A DNA stretch of 64,000 nt from Thermodesulfobacteriota bacterium (GTDB lineage: Bacteria; Desulfobacterota_D; UBA1144; Nemesobacterales; Mycalebacteriaceae): assembly GCA_965226585.1 (NCBI GenBank), contig OZ245366.1:335298-399297 (forward strand). Direction: 5' to 3'. The notes under the pieces were generated by a model. That model worked only from the letters and a program-made list of their open reading frames with translations. It was not told the origin of the DNA and ran no database searches. The translations under genes and the position numbers were made by a program. Of this stretch, positions 8,749 to 18,644 are shown one piece after another. Position 1 is the stretch's first letter. Each line of letters starts with the position of its first letter.

Positions 8749-11391
8749 ATGAAATCGACTGACAGAACGGAGGAGGAAACGGAGCGGCTCAAGAAGTTCT
8801 ATCTTGACGGCGCGCAGAAAATACGGGACAAGCATTTTTCCTTTACTCCGGAAAACAGGTTTGTTGCCGGAATGGAACTTGCGCGCGAGCGGACCGCCCT
8901 TGTTGACTCTTTTATCACAAAAGCCTCCGCAGACCGAAGCGGAAAATGCCCCGAAGGCGTTTCGCTTGTCGCCCTCGGCGGCTACGGCAGAAAAGACCTT
9001 TGCCCGTTTTCAGACATAGACCTTCTTGTTCTTCACAAGCCCGGGTTTGAGGAAGTCGCCCGCAAAACGGTTGAAAACATCTTCTATCCCATCTGGGACA
9101 TGAATCTTGACCTCGGTCACGCCGTCAGAACGGCTAATGAGTGCGCTCAAATGTGCGCCGGGGATTTTGTAACCTTCACCTCGCTTCTTGACAGCCGCTT
9201 CATCACCGGCGACCCGGCGGAGTTTGCCGCGCTCGCAAAGGGGCTTTCCGAAGACGTTATGCCGTCTGTCTCAGCGCGCTTTATTGATGAAAAACTCACT
9301 GAGGCGCGAATCCGCAGAAAGAAGTTCGGAAGTTCGGTCTGGATGCTTGAGCCCAACGTGAAAGAGGCGGAGGGCGCGCAGAGAGATTTGAACACAATGC
9401 TCTGGCTGTGTCAGGCGAAATACAAAATCAAAGCTTTTGATGAACTGCCGGACAAGGGGATTATGAGCGAAAAGGAGTTCAGAGTAACGTTCAAGTGCAT
9501 GAGTTTCCTCCTTCTCGTCCGCTCGCATCTTCACTACCTCGCGGGCAGAAAACACGACAAATTGAGTTTTGATTTTCAGCCCGATGTGGCGAAGTTTTTC
9601 GGGTATCAGGATTCTTCAAAGAAAGCGGTTGAAAAGTTTATGAGAATCTACTACCTGCGCGCCGGGCTTGTGAGCGAGAACTTTCAGCGTGTTGTGGAAA
9701 GGGTTTCGGAAAAATCCTCGTCTGCGGCAAAGCATTCCAAAATCCGCCATCTTGACCACGGGTTTACAATCAGCGACGGGGTTCTTTCCGTAACGGGAAA
9801 AAATGTTTTCAGGGAAACACCGGTAAATCTGATAAGGGCGTTTGAATACGCGGACAGGCACGGCGCGGAAATGAGCCGGTACATGAGGGCGCTTATCAGA
9901 GAGCACGTTCCGCTTATTGACGAAGAGGTGAGAAACAGCCCGGAGTTCAGCCGCATATTCACCGGTATTCTCAAAAACGGCTCAAACGTCTACAAGGTTC
10001 TCTCCCTCATGAACCGCCTGAGGTTTCTCGCCCACTACATACCGGAGTTCGGAAGAATTGTCTGCATGATGCAGCACAACGCCTACCACCTTTACACGGT
10101 GGATATTCACTCGCTTTTCCTTGTGAACGAGGTGGAGCGGCTTTTCAAATACGAGTACGAAGATGAGTTTCCCCTTCTGACGAAGGTCGCGGAATCGGTT
10201 GTCAGCAGAGACGTTCTGTATCTCGCGTGTCTGCTTCACGACATAGGCAAGGGTTCTGCCGGGCACGACCACGCGCGGGTGTCAAAGGAGATGGTTGAAA
10301 AAATCGGAGTGCGTCTCGGTCTCCCGCCGGATGATGCCGCCGTGCTTGAATTTCTTGTTGAAAACCACCAGATAATGTCGGATTTTTCACAGAAGCAGGA
10401 CATCAACGATTCGGAACTTGTCTCAAAGTTTGCCGAATCAGTCGGAGACGACGAACGGCTTTCCCTGCTCTACATACTCACTTTCGCGGACTTGAGGTCT
10501 GTCGGCACGGAGGTGTGGAACAACTGGAAATCCATGCTTCTCAGAAAACTGTATTTTTCCTCCCTCAGAAGTCTTGAACCCGGACGCCCCGGCCAGACCG
10601 AGGATGCGGACATGAGAAAGGAGACGGTGTGCAGGGAAGTAGAGCGCGCCTCTTCAGGCGAAATTACCGCTTCAGAAGCGGCTCGCGCCGTGGAAAATAT
10701 GCCTCTGTCATACCTGTTCAACCATTTGCCCGCCGACATTGGAAGGCACATCTCCATTATGAAATCCGCCCGCAACGGAATCGCGACCGATGTTATCCAC
10801 CACGAGGACGGGGGATATGACGAGTTTATTTTCTGGGGAAAAGACCGCAAAAGTTTGTTTCGCACCCTTTGCGGAGCCGTGAGCGCGAACGGTCTGAACA
10901 TCCTCGGGGCGAGAGCGGAAAGCGGCGCAGACGGCATGGCTCTGGACATCATGTATCTGAACCGGCTTGGCGGCTCGGCGGCGGACAGTCCGGAGTTGTG
11001 GGAAAAACTTGACGGCGACATCAGAGCCGCTCTGGGCGGCACGCTCGACATTGACGCTGTTATGAAAAAGCGCAAGCAGTTCTCTCCCGTGAAAAGGAAA
11101 CTCACCTCCACTCCTCCGAGGATTGTTTTTGACAACGAGTGGTCTGAAAAGGCGACTCTTGTGGAGGTGTTCGCAGACGACAAGCCGGGCATTCTCTACG
11201 ACATCGCGACCGTGCTTGCGGACGCAGGCGTTTCAATAACTCACGCCAAGGTGTCAACCAGAGCGGAGCAGGTTTTTGACGTTTTCTACGTTACCGGCGC
11301 GGACGGGCGCAAGGTGGAAAACCCCGATATTCTTGAGAAAATCAAAGAGGCGTTGCCGCGAGCCCTGGAACGGGATGCGGCGGATGTTTAG
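8749..11391 (+). CDS. glnD: [protein-PII] uridylyltransferase / uridylyl-removing enzyme
   Basis: 880 aa. A nucleotidyltransferase motif GGYGRKDLCPFSDIDLLVLH is followed by an HD domain (HDIGKG) and two C-terminal ACT domains. Confidence 0.9.
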   Translation: MKSTDRTEEETERLKKFYLDGAQKIRDKHFSFTPENRFVAGMELARERTALVDSFITKASADRSGKCPEGVSLVALGGYGRKDLCPFSDIDLLVLHKPGFEEVARKTVENIFYPIWDMNLDLGHAVRTANECAQMCAGDFVTFTSLLDSRFITGDPAEFAALAKGLSEDVMPSVSARFIDEKLTEARIRRKKFGSSVWMLEPNVKEAEGAQRDLNTMLWLCQAKYKIKAFDELPDKGIMSEKEFRVTFKCMSFLLLVRSHLHYLAGRKHDKLSFDFQPDVAKFFGYQDSSKKAVEKFMRIYYLRAGLVSENFQRVVERVSEKSSSAAKHSKIRHLDHGFTISDGVLSVTGKNVFRETPVNLIRAFEYADRHGAEMSRYMRALIREHVPLIDEEVRNSPEFSRIFTGILKNGSNVYKVLSLMNRLRFLAHYIPEFGRIVCMMQHNAYHLYTVDIHSLFLVNEVERLFKYEYEDEFPLLTKVAESVVSRDVLYLACLLHDIGKGSAGHDHARVSKEMVEKIGVRLGLPPDDAAVLEFLVENHQIMSDFSQKQDINDSELVSKFAESVGDDERLSLLYILTFADLRSVGTEVWNNWKSMLLRKLYFSSLRSLEPGRPGQTEDADMRKETVCREVERASSGEITASEAARAVENMPLSYLFNHLPADIGRHISIMKSARNGIATDVIHHEDGGYDEFIFWGKDRKSLFRTLCGAVSANGLNILGARAESGADGMALDIMYLNRLGGSAADSPELWEKLDGDIRAALGGTLDIDAVMKKRKQFSPVKRKLTSTPPRIVFDNEWSEKATLVEVFADDKPGILYDIATVLADAGVSITHAKVSTRAEQVFDVFYVTGADGRKVENPDILEKIKEALPRALERDAADV

Positions 11392-11417
11392 TTTTTGCGT
11401 GGGAGGCGCGCTTTGGA

Positions 11418-13004
11418 ATGTTTCGTAATGAGCCGGAAACAGATGTTCTTGTCATAGGAAGCGGGCTTGCGGGCTTGTACGCGGCTTTCAGCGCGGCGGC
11501 TGAGGGCGCGAGGGTGACGGTTGTAACGCGCACCACGATAAAGGAGAGCAATTCGTACTGGGCTCAGGGCGGAATTGCCGCCGCCGTTGATTCCGCCGAC
11601 TCGGTGCTTCTGCACAAAAACGACACCATAAAAGCGGGTTGCGGACTTTGCGACCGGGACGCGGTGGATGTTCTGGTTCAAGAGGGCAGGGAGAGGGTGA
11701 TGGAGATGGCGGAGTTCGGAATGGAGTTTGATTCAGACGCATACGGTTTTGACCTGGGGCTTGAAGGCGGCCACTCCAAACGGCGCGTTCTTCACGCGGG
11801 CGGAGCGGCTACGGGAAGAAAGATGATTGAGTTTCTCATCTCATCGGTAGAGAAGGCTGAGGGCGTTTCAATTATGGAGAGCACAGAGGTTGAGAGTCTT
11901 ATATCTTCAGGCGGCGAGTGCCTCGGCGCGTGGACGGTTCAAAGCGGCGGAGGGCGCGCCGCCGTGAGGGCGCGCTCAACCATACTCGCCACCGGAGGAG
12001 CCGCCGCGCTTTTCAGCCGGACAACAAACCCGCAAGCCGCCAAGGGAGACGGAATCCACATGGCATACCGCGCCGGAGCCGAGATAATGGACATGGAGTT
12101 TGTGCAGTTTCACCCCACTGCGTTTTACTCTCCGGGCGGCGAATGTTTTCTCATATCCGAAGCCATCAGGGGCGAGGGCGGATTTCTTACAAACTCAAAA
12201 GGCGAGAGATTTATGGAGGGCGCGCACCCGCTCGGCGACCTTGCTCCGAGAGACGTGGTGTCGAGGGCTATACATTCCCAGATAAGCGGCGGCGGAGAGG
12301 ATTTTGTCTGCCTTGACGTTACGGGCATAGAACCCGGAATTGTCAGGAACAGATTTTCAGACATCTATCGCCGCTGTCTTGAAAACGGCGTTGACTGCCT
12401 TGCCTCTCCCATTCCCGTTGCCCCCGCCGCCCACTACACAATAGGCGGCGTAAAGACCGGGCTTTACGGTGAGACCAGCCTGAAAGGGCTCTACTGCTGC
12501 GGCGAGACGGCGTGCGTTGGTGTTCACGGCGCGAACCGCCTTGCGAGCAACTCCCTGCTTGAATGTCTTGTTTTTTCAAAAAGGTCGGCCGGGGGGGCGG
12601 TTGAAAATCTCACCTCCGCCCGCCCGCCCGCAGAGCTTCCCGCGCCTCCGGATGATGACCAGAGCGGGGGAGATGAAAAACAGTACGACCGGCTTTGCGC
12701 AGAGATTGTTTCAAAAACCGGCTCCATGCTCGGCATAGTCAGAACGGGAGAGAAGATAAAAAGTTTTATCTCCGCCGCCGGGCGGATTCTGGATGAGTCT
12801 CAAAACATGGCGGGGTGGCGGGGGCGCAGGGTTGCCTCAATGGCAAACATTTGCCTGATGACGGCGCGGGCGGCTCTTATGAGGGAGGAGTCGAGAGGGG
12901 TTCACATACGGGAAGATTTTCCCGAAACAGACCCCCGGCTTTGCCGTCACAGTGTTTTCAGTAAAACTTCGTCCGCGCCCGCCCCGCGCTGGGAGGATTT
13001 GTGA
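11418..13004 (+). CDS. nadB: L-aspartate oxidase
   Basis: FAD-binding N-terminus VLVIGSGLAGL and flavoprotein oxidase motifs. It sits immediately upstream of nadC-nadA. Confidence 0.95.
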   Translation: MFRNEPETDVLVIGSGLAGLYAAFSAAAEGARVTVVTRTTIKESNSYWAQGGIAAAVDSADSVLLHKNDTIKAGCGLCDRDAVDVLVQEGRERVMEMAEFGMEFDSDAYGFDLGLEGGHSKRRVLHAGGAATGRKMIEFLISSVEKAEGVSIMESTEVESLISSGGECLGAWTVQSGGGRAAVRARSTILATGGAAALFSRTTNPQAAKGDGIHMAYRAGAEIMDMEFVQFHPTAFYSPGGECFLISEAIRGEGGFLTNSKGERFMEGAHPLGDLAPRDVVSRAIHSQISGGGEDFVCLDVTGIEPGIVRNRFSDIYRRCLENGVDCLASPIPVAPAAHYTIGGVKTGLYGETSLKGLYCCGETACVGVHGANRLASNSLLECLVFSKRSAGGAVENLTSARPPAELPAPPDDDQSGGDEKQYDRLCAEIVSKTGSMLGIVRTGEKIKSFISAAGRILDESQNMAGWRGRRVASMANICLMTARAALMREESRGVHIREDFPETDPRLCRHSVFSKTSSAPAPRWEDL

Positions 13005-13876
13005 AAAGCGAAAGAAAGCCGCCGGTTCTTGACTGGGAAAAGGTTGACCGCCTGATAGAGACTGCCGTCGCAGAAGATGTGCGCGGCGGCGACGTAACAA
13101 CGGAACTGCTTTTTGAAACCGATGTTTCCTGCCGCGCGGCGGTGCACGCGAACCAGCCCGGAACCCTCGCGGGAATAGATGTTGCGCGAACCGTTTTTGA
13201 AAAACTTGACAAGAATCTCAAATGGAAAAACCACAGGGATGACGGCGACAAACTGGAAAAAGGGGATGGCATTGTTACCATAACCGGCTCGCAGAGGCAC
13301 ATTCTCACCGGCGAGCGGCTTGCCCTTAACATACTTCAGCGGCTCAGCGGAATAGCTACTTTCACGGCGCGTTTTGTTGCCGCCGTTGAGGGAACGGGAG
13401 TTCTGATTGTTGACACGCGCAAAACCGCTCCGGGTATGAGGGAACTTGAGAAATATGCTGTGCGCATGGGCGGCGGGGGCAACCACAGATTTGGTCTTTA
13501 TGACGGCATTCTTATAAAAGACAATCATATAAAACTTGCCGGCGGGGTGAAAAAAGCCGTTGAAAAGGCGCGCCGCCGCGCGGCGGAATCGGCAGAAAAC
13601 TACGAGCGGTTTCCGATTGAAGTTGAGGCGAAGGAGATGTATCAGGTATCCGAAGCCGTTTCCTGCGGCGCGAGCGTTGTAATGCTTGACAACATGAGCG
13701 CGCAGCAGATGAAAGAAGCCGTCCGGCTTGTGGACGGAAGGGTTCTGCTTGAAGCATCCGGCGGAGTTACGCTTGAAAGCGTAAAAGAGGTTGCCGAAAC
13801 GGGCGTCAACATCATCTCAGTCGGCGCGCTCACGCATTCCGCCCCCGCGCTGGATATAAGTCTGGATATGATTTGA
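13001..13876 (+). CDS. nadC: nicotinate-nucleotide pyrophosphorylase (carboxylating)
   Basis: QPRTase motifs (DTRKT, DNHI, MLDN). There is a 4-nt overlap with nadB. Confidence 0.95.
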   Translation: MKSERKPPVLDWEKVDRLIETAVAEDVRGGDVTTELLFETDVSCRAAVHANQPGTLAGIDVARTVFEKLDKNLKWKNHRDDGDKLEKGDGIVTITGSQRHILTGERLALNILQRLSGIATFTARFVAAVEGTGVLIVDTRKTAPGMRELEKYAVRMGGGGNHRFGLYDGILIKDNHIKLAGGVKKAVEKARRRAAESAENYERFPIEVEAKEMYQVSEAVSCGASVVMLDNMSAQQMKEAVRLVDGRVLLEASGGVTLESVKEVAETGVNIISVGALTHSAPALDISLDMI

Positions 13877-13933
13877 AGGGCTTTTGGTTTTTTGTCTGCC
13901 GCTCTGTTCTTGCCGGGGAACCCGCCCCGCCTG

Positions 13934-13942
13934 TGGTATAAT
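13934..13942 (+). promoter_or_regulatory. candidate extended -10 element (TGgTATAAT) upstream of nadA
   Basis: The sequence tgtggtataat lies in the nadC-nadA intergenic gap. No good -35 is seen, which extended -10 promoters can tolerate. Confidence 0.3.
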
Positions 13943-13967
13943 TCCATTGCGGCTGATTTGAGGGAGA

Positions 13968-14927
13968 ATGACAGACACACTGAAAAACACCGCGCGGCGA
14001 ATTGACGAACTCAAGAGAGAGAAAAACGCCGTTATACTCGCGCACAACTACCAGGTGCCTGAAGTTCAGGACATTGCCGACTATGTGGGAGACTCTCTGG
14101 GGCTTTCCCGCAAGGCGGCGCAAACGGGGGCGGACGTTATCGTTTTCTGCGGCGTTCACTTTATGGCTGAGACCGCTAGCATAATTTCACCCGATAAAAA
14201 AGTTCTTATCCCCGACCCCCAAGCCGGCTGTTCGCTGGCAGACACCATCACCATTGAGCAACTCAAAGAGTGGAAAAATGAACACCCCGGCGCGGTTGTG
14301 GTTTCCTATGTCAACACCTCCGCCGCGGTCAAAAGCGAGAGCGACTACTGCGTTACATCTTCAAACGCCGTAAAGGTTGTGGAGTCAATCCCCGAAGACA
14401 GGAAAATACTTTTTCTGCCCGATATTTTTCTGGGCTCCTATGTGGCGAAACAAACAGGCAGAGAGATGGAGATATGGCCCGGCGAATGCCATGTTCATTC
14501 CGGCATCAAGGTTAAAGACATCAAAAACGTGAAAGCCCGCCACCCCGGCGCCGAAGTTGTTGTCCACCCCGAATGCGGATGCACAACCCACTATCTCTAC
14601 AACAGCGTTTCGGAAAAAGGCGAAGCCGTTCCGGGCGATGTGACATTTCTCTCAACTTCGGGCATGACAGAGCGCGCCCGCAAGGGCGGCGAAGAGTTTA
14701 TAGTTGCCACGGAAATGGGAATGCTTCACCGCCTCCGCAAGGATAATCCGGGCAAAAAGTTTTTTCCGGCAAGCGAAAGCGCCGTTTGCGAATATATGAA
14801 AATGATAACCCTTGACAAGGTTCTGCGCTCTCTTGAAGAGGAAATATACGAGGTGAAGGTTCCGCAACAACTGGCACTTCGCGCAAAGAAACCGATAGAC
14901 AGAATGCTTGGCGTTTCCGCCGCTTGA
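13968..14927 (+). CDS. nadA: quinolinate synthase
   Basis: 319 aa. ILAHNYQ...DYVGDSL and the conserved Cys-containing regions are typical of NadA. Confidence 0.95.
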   Translation: MTDTLKNTARRIDELKREKNAVILAHNYQVPEVQDIADYVGDSLGLSRKAAQTGADVIVFCGVHFMAETASIISPDKKVLIPDPQAGCSLADTITIEQLKEWKNEHPGAVVVSYVNTSAAVKSESDYCVTSSNAVKVVESIPEDRKILFLPDIFLGSYVAKQTGREMEIWPGECHVHSGIKVKDIKNVKARHPGAEVVVHPECGCTTHYLYNSVSEKGEAVPGDVTFLSTSGMTERARKGGEEFIVATEMGMLHRLRKDNPGKKFFPASESAVCEYMKMITLDKVLRSLEEEIYEVKVPQQLALRAKKPIDRMLGVSAA

Positions 14928-14952
14928 AAAGCTTTTGAGAAAAGAGCCGCCG

Positions 14953-15453
14953 CTACTCTGCGGCTTCTCTCGCTCCAACCTCTCTGTCCACCATAAGCAG
15001 GGCGGCGGGGTTGTCTTCTGCGAGCTTCAGGCTGTCGAGAATTTCCGTTGCGGCTTTCTCCTCCTCAACCTGCTCTTCTATGAACCACTCAAGCATGACG
15101 GCGGTTGCCATGTCTTTTTCTTTAACCGCCTCGCCGTGAAGTTTGTGAATCATGTCTGTTACAAGGCGTTCGTGTTTCAGCGACTGCTCGAACATCCCGG
15201 TAATGGTTCCGAATGAAGACGCCGGTTTTTTGATGGCTCCCAGCTCCACGCGGCCGCCCCTGTCAAGGACGAAATTAAACAGCTTCATGGCGTGGGCGGT
15301 TTCCTCTTCACTCTGTTTTCTCATCCATTTTCCGAAGCCCGGAAATCCTTTTGCTTCGCAGTCCGCCGCCATTGAAAGGTATATGTATGAAGAGTAGAGT
15401 TCGGCGTTTATCTGGCCGTTAATGTGTTCCTGCATTTTTTTGCCTATAGTCAT
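14953..15453 (-). CDS. ftn: non-heme ferritin
   Basis: 166 aa with ferritin diiron ligand pattern E...ExxH...E...QxxE. Convergent with nadA. Confidence 0.85.
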   Translation of the reverse strand: MTIGKKMQEHINGQINAELYSSYIYLSMAADCEAKGFPGFGKWMRKQSEEETAHAMKLFNFVLDRGGRVELGAIKKPASSFGTITGMFEQSLKHERLVTDMIHKLHGEAVKEKDMATAVMLEWFIEEQVEEEKAATEILDSLKLAEDNPAALLMVDREVGAREAAE

Positions 15454-15580
15454 TTGGCACCTCCCGTATGAATTGATTATAAGGCTCGCGGCGCGGTTTT
15501 CAACCGATGCGGGGCATCAGGCGGCTCAAAACCGGGCGGCGGTCTAGCGGAATAACGCGGTAACTATTAAAAAAGTTTCG

Positions 15581-15608
15581 TTGATATGTGTTTCTGCGTG
15601 CTTATAAT
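15581..15608 (+). promoter_or_regulatory. sigma70-like promoter (TTGATA-16nt-TATAAT) upstream of lon
   Basis: ttgatatgtgtttctgcgtgcttataat lies about 60 nt upstream of the lon ATG in the ftn/lon divergent intergenic region. Confidence 0.45.
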
Positions 15609-15670
15609 GTTTATGTAACGGTAGTTAACGGTAACGCGGGCGCATCAGGCGCCAAGGAGGAGCGCGCCGG

Positions 15671-18091
15671 ATGAGCACAGAAAAGACCCCAAGAGAGATT
15701 CCTATGCTTCCGCTTAGGGATGTTGTTATGTTTCCCTACATGGTTGCCCCGCTTTTTGTGGGAAGGGCAAGGTCGATAAAAGCCATTGAGGCGGCCGAAA
15801 GCACTGACAAAGAGATATTTCTCTGCACTCAGATGGATGCCAGCGAGAATGAGCCGAAGCGGGATGAAATATATTCCACCGGCGTCATAGGAACAGTTGC
15901 CCAGATGCTGCGTCTGCCGGACGGAACCGTGAAGGTTCTTGTTGAGGGCAGAAAAAGGGGGCGCATAGAGGAATACGCCGACACGGACGGTTTCTACAAG
16001 GTGAAGGTTTCCGTCATTGAAGAGGACAAAGAAACGGAAAGCGCCGAGGGAGACGCGCTCAGAAGGTCTGTTCTCAAAGCGTTTGAGGGATACATAAAAC
16101 TCAACAGAAAAATACCGAGCGAGGTTTTCTCAACTGTTTCCGCCATAGAGAACACAAGCCGTCTTTCCGACACGGTTGCGTCTCATCTGAATCTGAAAAT
16201 TGCCGACAAGCAGGATCTGCTTGAGACGAACAAACCCGAAGAGAGAATGAAAAAACTGCACGAGAAGATGCAGGAAGAGGTTGAGATTCTTGAGATTGAA
16301 AAACGCATAGGCAAAAGAGTGCGCAGGCAGATGGAGAAGTCTCAAAGGGAGTACTATCTGACCGAACAGATGAAAGCCATTCAGAAGGAACTGGGCGAAA
16401 AGGACGACATGAAGTCTGATGTTCAGGAGATTGAGGCGAAACTCAAAGACAAGGGTCTTCCCCCCGATGTTGAGGAAAGGGTGAAGAAAGAACTGAAAAA
16501 ACTCAAAATGATGCCGGCAATGTCAGCCGAAGCCACGGTTGTGCGCAACTATGTTGACTGGATAATGGACCTTCCGTGGACGAAAGAGCACACCAAAGAC
16601 CGGCTTGATGTGAAAGAGGCGCACAAGATACTTGACGAGGATCACTACGGACTTAAAGACCCGAAAGACAGAATCCTTGAATACCTTGCCGTCCGCACTC
16701 TCACCGAGAAGATACGCGGCCCCATTCTCTGCTTTGTGGGACCTCCGGGAGTGGGAAAAACCTCTCTCGCAAAATCCATAGCGAGGTCTATGGGAAGAAA
16801 GTTTGTGCGTGTTTCCCTCGGAGGAGTCAGAGACGAATCCGAGATACGCGGCCACAGAAGAACCTACATAGGCGCGCTTCCGGGAAAGATAATTCAGGGC
16901 ATGAAGAAAGCCGGAACCAACAACCCCGTGTTCCTTCTTGACGAGATGGACAAACTCGGAATGGACTTCAGGGGCGACCCGGCGTCCGCGCTTCTTGAGT
17001 GCCTCGACCCGGAACAGAACTGCAACTTTAATGACCACTATCTGGAGGCGGACTACGACCTGTCCAAGGTGCTGTTTATCGCCACCGCGAACATAATTCA
17101 CACGATTCCGTGGGCGCTTCAGGACAGAATGGAGATAATACGCATTCCGGGTTACACCGAGGATGAGAAACTCCGCATAGCAAAGAATTTCCTGCTCGGC
17201 AAACAGACAAAAGAGCACGGGCTTACTGAAAGCGCCGTCAGCGTGGCGGATTCCGCGCTTCTTGAGATGATAAGGCGCTACACCAAGGAAGCCGGAGTGA
17301 GAACGCTTGAGCGCGAAATTGCCAAACTGTGCAGAAAGGTCGCGCGGAAAGTGGCGGAAAAACAAGGCGGCAAATCCGGCTCGAAGGTCAGGGTGACGGC
17401 GAGGAACATCGGCTCCTATCTCGGAGTTCCGAAGTTCAAGCACGGCGAAATAGAAAAAGACAACCAGATTGGAGCCGTAACGGGGCTCGCGTGGACTGAG
17501 GTTGGCGGCGAACTTCTCACCATAGAGGTTTCCATCGTTCCCGGAAAGGGAAGTTTTACGGTTACGGGCGTCAAGCCGGAAGGCGAGAACGTTATGAAAG
17601 AGTCCGCCCGCGCGGCAATGAGCTATGTCCGTTCGCGAGGAGCGCAACTCGGGCTTGACAGGGATTTCTACCAGATGGTTGACATCCACATTCACGCCCC
17701 CGAAGGAGCGACACCCAAAGACGGTCCGTCTGCCGGAATAGCCATAGTTACGGCGATTGTGTCCGCCCTGCTCAAAAAACCGGTCAAGCGCGATGTGGCG
17801 ATGACGGGAGAGATAACCCTCAGGGGGCAGGTGCTCCCCATAGGCGGGCTGAAAGAGAAAATACTTGCCGCCCAGCGAGGGAAGGTTAAGACCGTGATAC
17901 TTCCGCAAGAGAACGAGAAGGACATGGAGGAAGTTCCCGCCGAGGTGAAAAAGGGAGTGGAGATAAAGTTTGTGGAGCACATGGACAAGGTTCTTGAAGA
18001 GGCGATCATTTCCGAAGAGCCGCTTCTCAGGAGTTTCGTTTCCCCGCTTGGGAGCGGAAGCATTGAGGTTCCCGAAACCAAGATGAACTGA
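15671..18091 (+). CDS. lon: ATP-dependent Lon protease
   Basis: 806 aa. An N-terminal LON domain is followed by an AAA+ Walker A GPPGVGKTS and a C-terminal S16 protease with the catalytic PKDGPSAG serine. Confidence 0.95.
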   Translation: MSTEKTPREIPMLPLRDVVMFPYMVAPLFVGRARSIKAIEAAESTDKEIFLCTQMDASENEPKRDEIYSTGVIGTVAQMLRLPDGTVKVLVEGRKRGRIEEYADTDGFYKVKVSVIEEDKETESAEGDALRRSVLKAFEGYIKLNRKIPSEVFSTVSAIENTSRLSDTVASHLNLKIADKQDLLETNKPEERMKKLHEKMQEEVEILEIEKRIGKRVRRQMEKSQREYYLTEQMKAIQKELGEKDDMKSDVQEIEAKLKDKGLPPDVEERVKKELKKLKMMPAMSAEATVVRNYVDWIMDLPWTKEHTKDRLDVKEAHKILDEDHYGLKDPKDRILEYLAVRTLTEKIRGPILCFVGPPGVGKTSLAKSIARSMGRKFVRVSLGGVRDESEIRGHRRTYIGALPGKIIQGMKKAGTNNPVFLLDEMDKLGMDFRGDPASALLECLDPEQNCNFNDHYLEADYDLSKVLFIATANIIHTIPWALQDRMEIIRIPGYTEDEKLRIAKNFLLGKQTKEHGLTESAVSVADSALLEMIRRYTKEAGVRTLEREIAKLCRKVARKVAEKQGGKSGSKVRVTARNIGSYLGVPKFKHGEIEKDNQIGAVTGLAWTEVGGELLTIEVSIVPGKGSFTVTGVKPEGENVMKESARAAMSYVRSRGAQLGLDRDFYQMVDIHIHAPEGATPKDGPSAGIAIVTAIVSALLKKPVKRDVAMTGEITLRGQVLPIGGLKEKILAAQRGKVKTVILPQENEKDMEEVPAEVKKGVEIKFVEHMDKVLEEAIISEEPLLRSFVSPLGSGSIEVPETKMN

Positions 18092-18207
18092 AGAGTTTTT
18101 GCTTAAACTTGCCGCGCGCCCTTGAATAATTTCCGATAAGCCTTTACACTTGGGGCGAGCCGCCGGGTCTTGCCGGGCGTTTTAAATCAACCTTTACAGG
18201 AGAGTAA

Positions 18208-18468
18208 ATGAATATATACGTAGGAAATTTGCCTTACAACACAACCGAAGACGAACTCAGGGATCTGTTTTCACAGCACGGTTCGGTTGTAAGCGTGAAT
18301 ATAATCAAGGACAGAGAGACAGGGAATTCAAAGGGATTTGGATTTGTGGAGATAGCCGAACAGGAAGCCGCTGAGAAAGCCATCAGCGAGCTCGACGGCT
18401 CAACACTGAACAACAGAAACCTGAAAGTAAACCAGGCCCGCCCCAAGGGCGACAGCATCAGGCGCTAA
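18208..18468 (+). CDS. RRM-domain RNA-binding protein
   Basis: 86 aa with RNP2 IYVGNL and RNP1 KGFGFVEI motifs. Confidence 0.8.
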   Translation: MNIYVGNLPYNTTEDELRDLFSQHGSVVSVNIIKDRETGNSKGFGFVEIAEQEAAEKAISELDGSTLNNRNLKVNQARPKGDSIRR

Positions 18469-18558
18469 TACCGCCTCAGCCGGGGCGGCTAAACCGCTCC
18501 GCTTTCGTTTTTCTTTCGGCCTTTATCGCTTCCGGCAATCGGAGGCGTGGCAATTCAG

Positions 18559-18604
18559 CCGGTTTTTTGCGAAAAACCGCTCCGTACTGTGGAGTGTTTT
18601 TTGC
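18559..18604 (+). terminator. candidate hairpin(s) plus U-run downstream of the RRM gene
   Basis: An 8-bp stem CGGTTTTT/AAAAACCG with loop TGCG is followed by a short CTCC/GGAG hairpin and TGTTTTTTG. Confidence 0.3.
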
Positions 18605-18644
18605 GGGTCGGTTAGTATAGCCACAAGCCCCGGATCGGACGCCA

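Noticed and set aside
14921-14953. Palindrome AAAAGCTTTT between the convergent nadA and ftn
   Set aside because: It is pure A/T with no GC stem and abuts or overlaps the ftn stop. It is not a credible intrinsic terminator and is more likely a chance HindIII-like site.
16523-17980. 485-aa ORF antisense to lon, and similar long antisense or shadow ORFs (e.g. 3133-3762 in dnaB, 10470-11192 in glnD, 19119-19796 and 20484-21032 in dnaE, 24845-25666 opposite ispDF, 40955-41614 in atpA, 52398-52895 in cbiA)
   Set aside because: They lie entirely inside well-supported conserved genes on the opposite strand. Their translations are low-complexity and Arg/Pro/Ser-rich, with no recognisable motifs. They are typical stop-codon-poor artefacts of GC-rich DNA.
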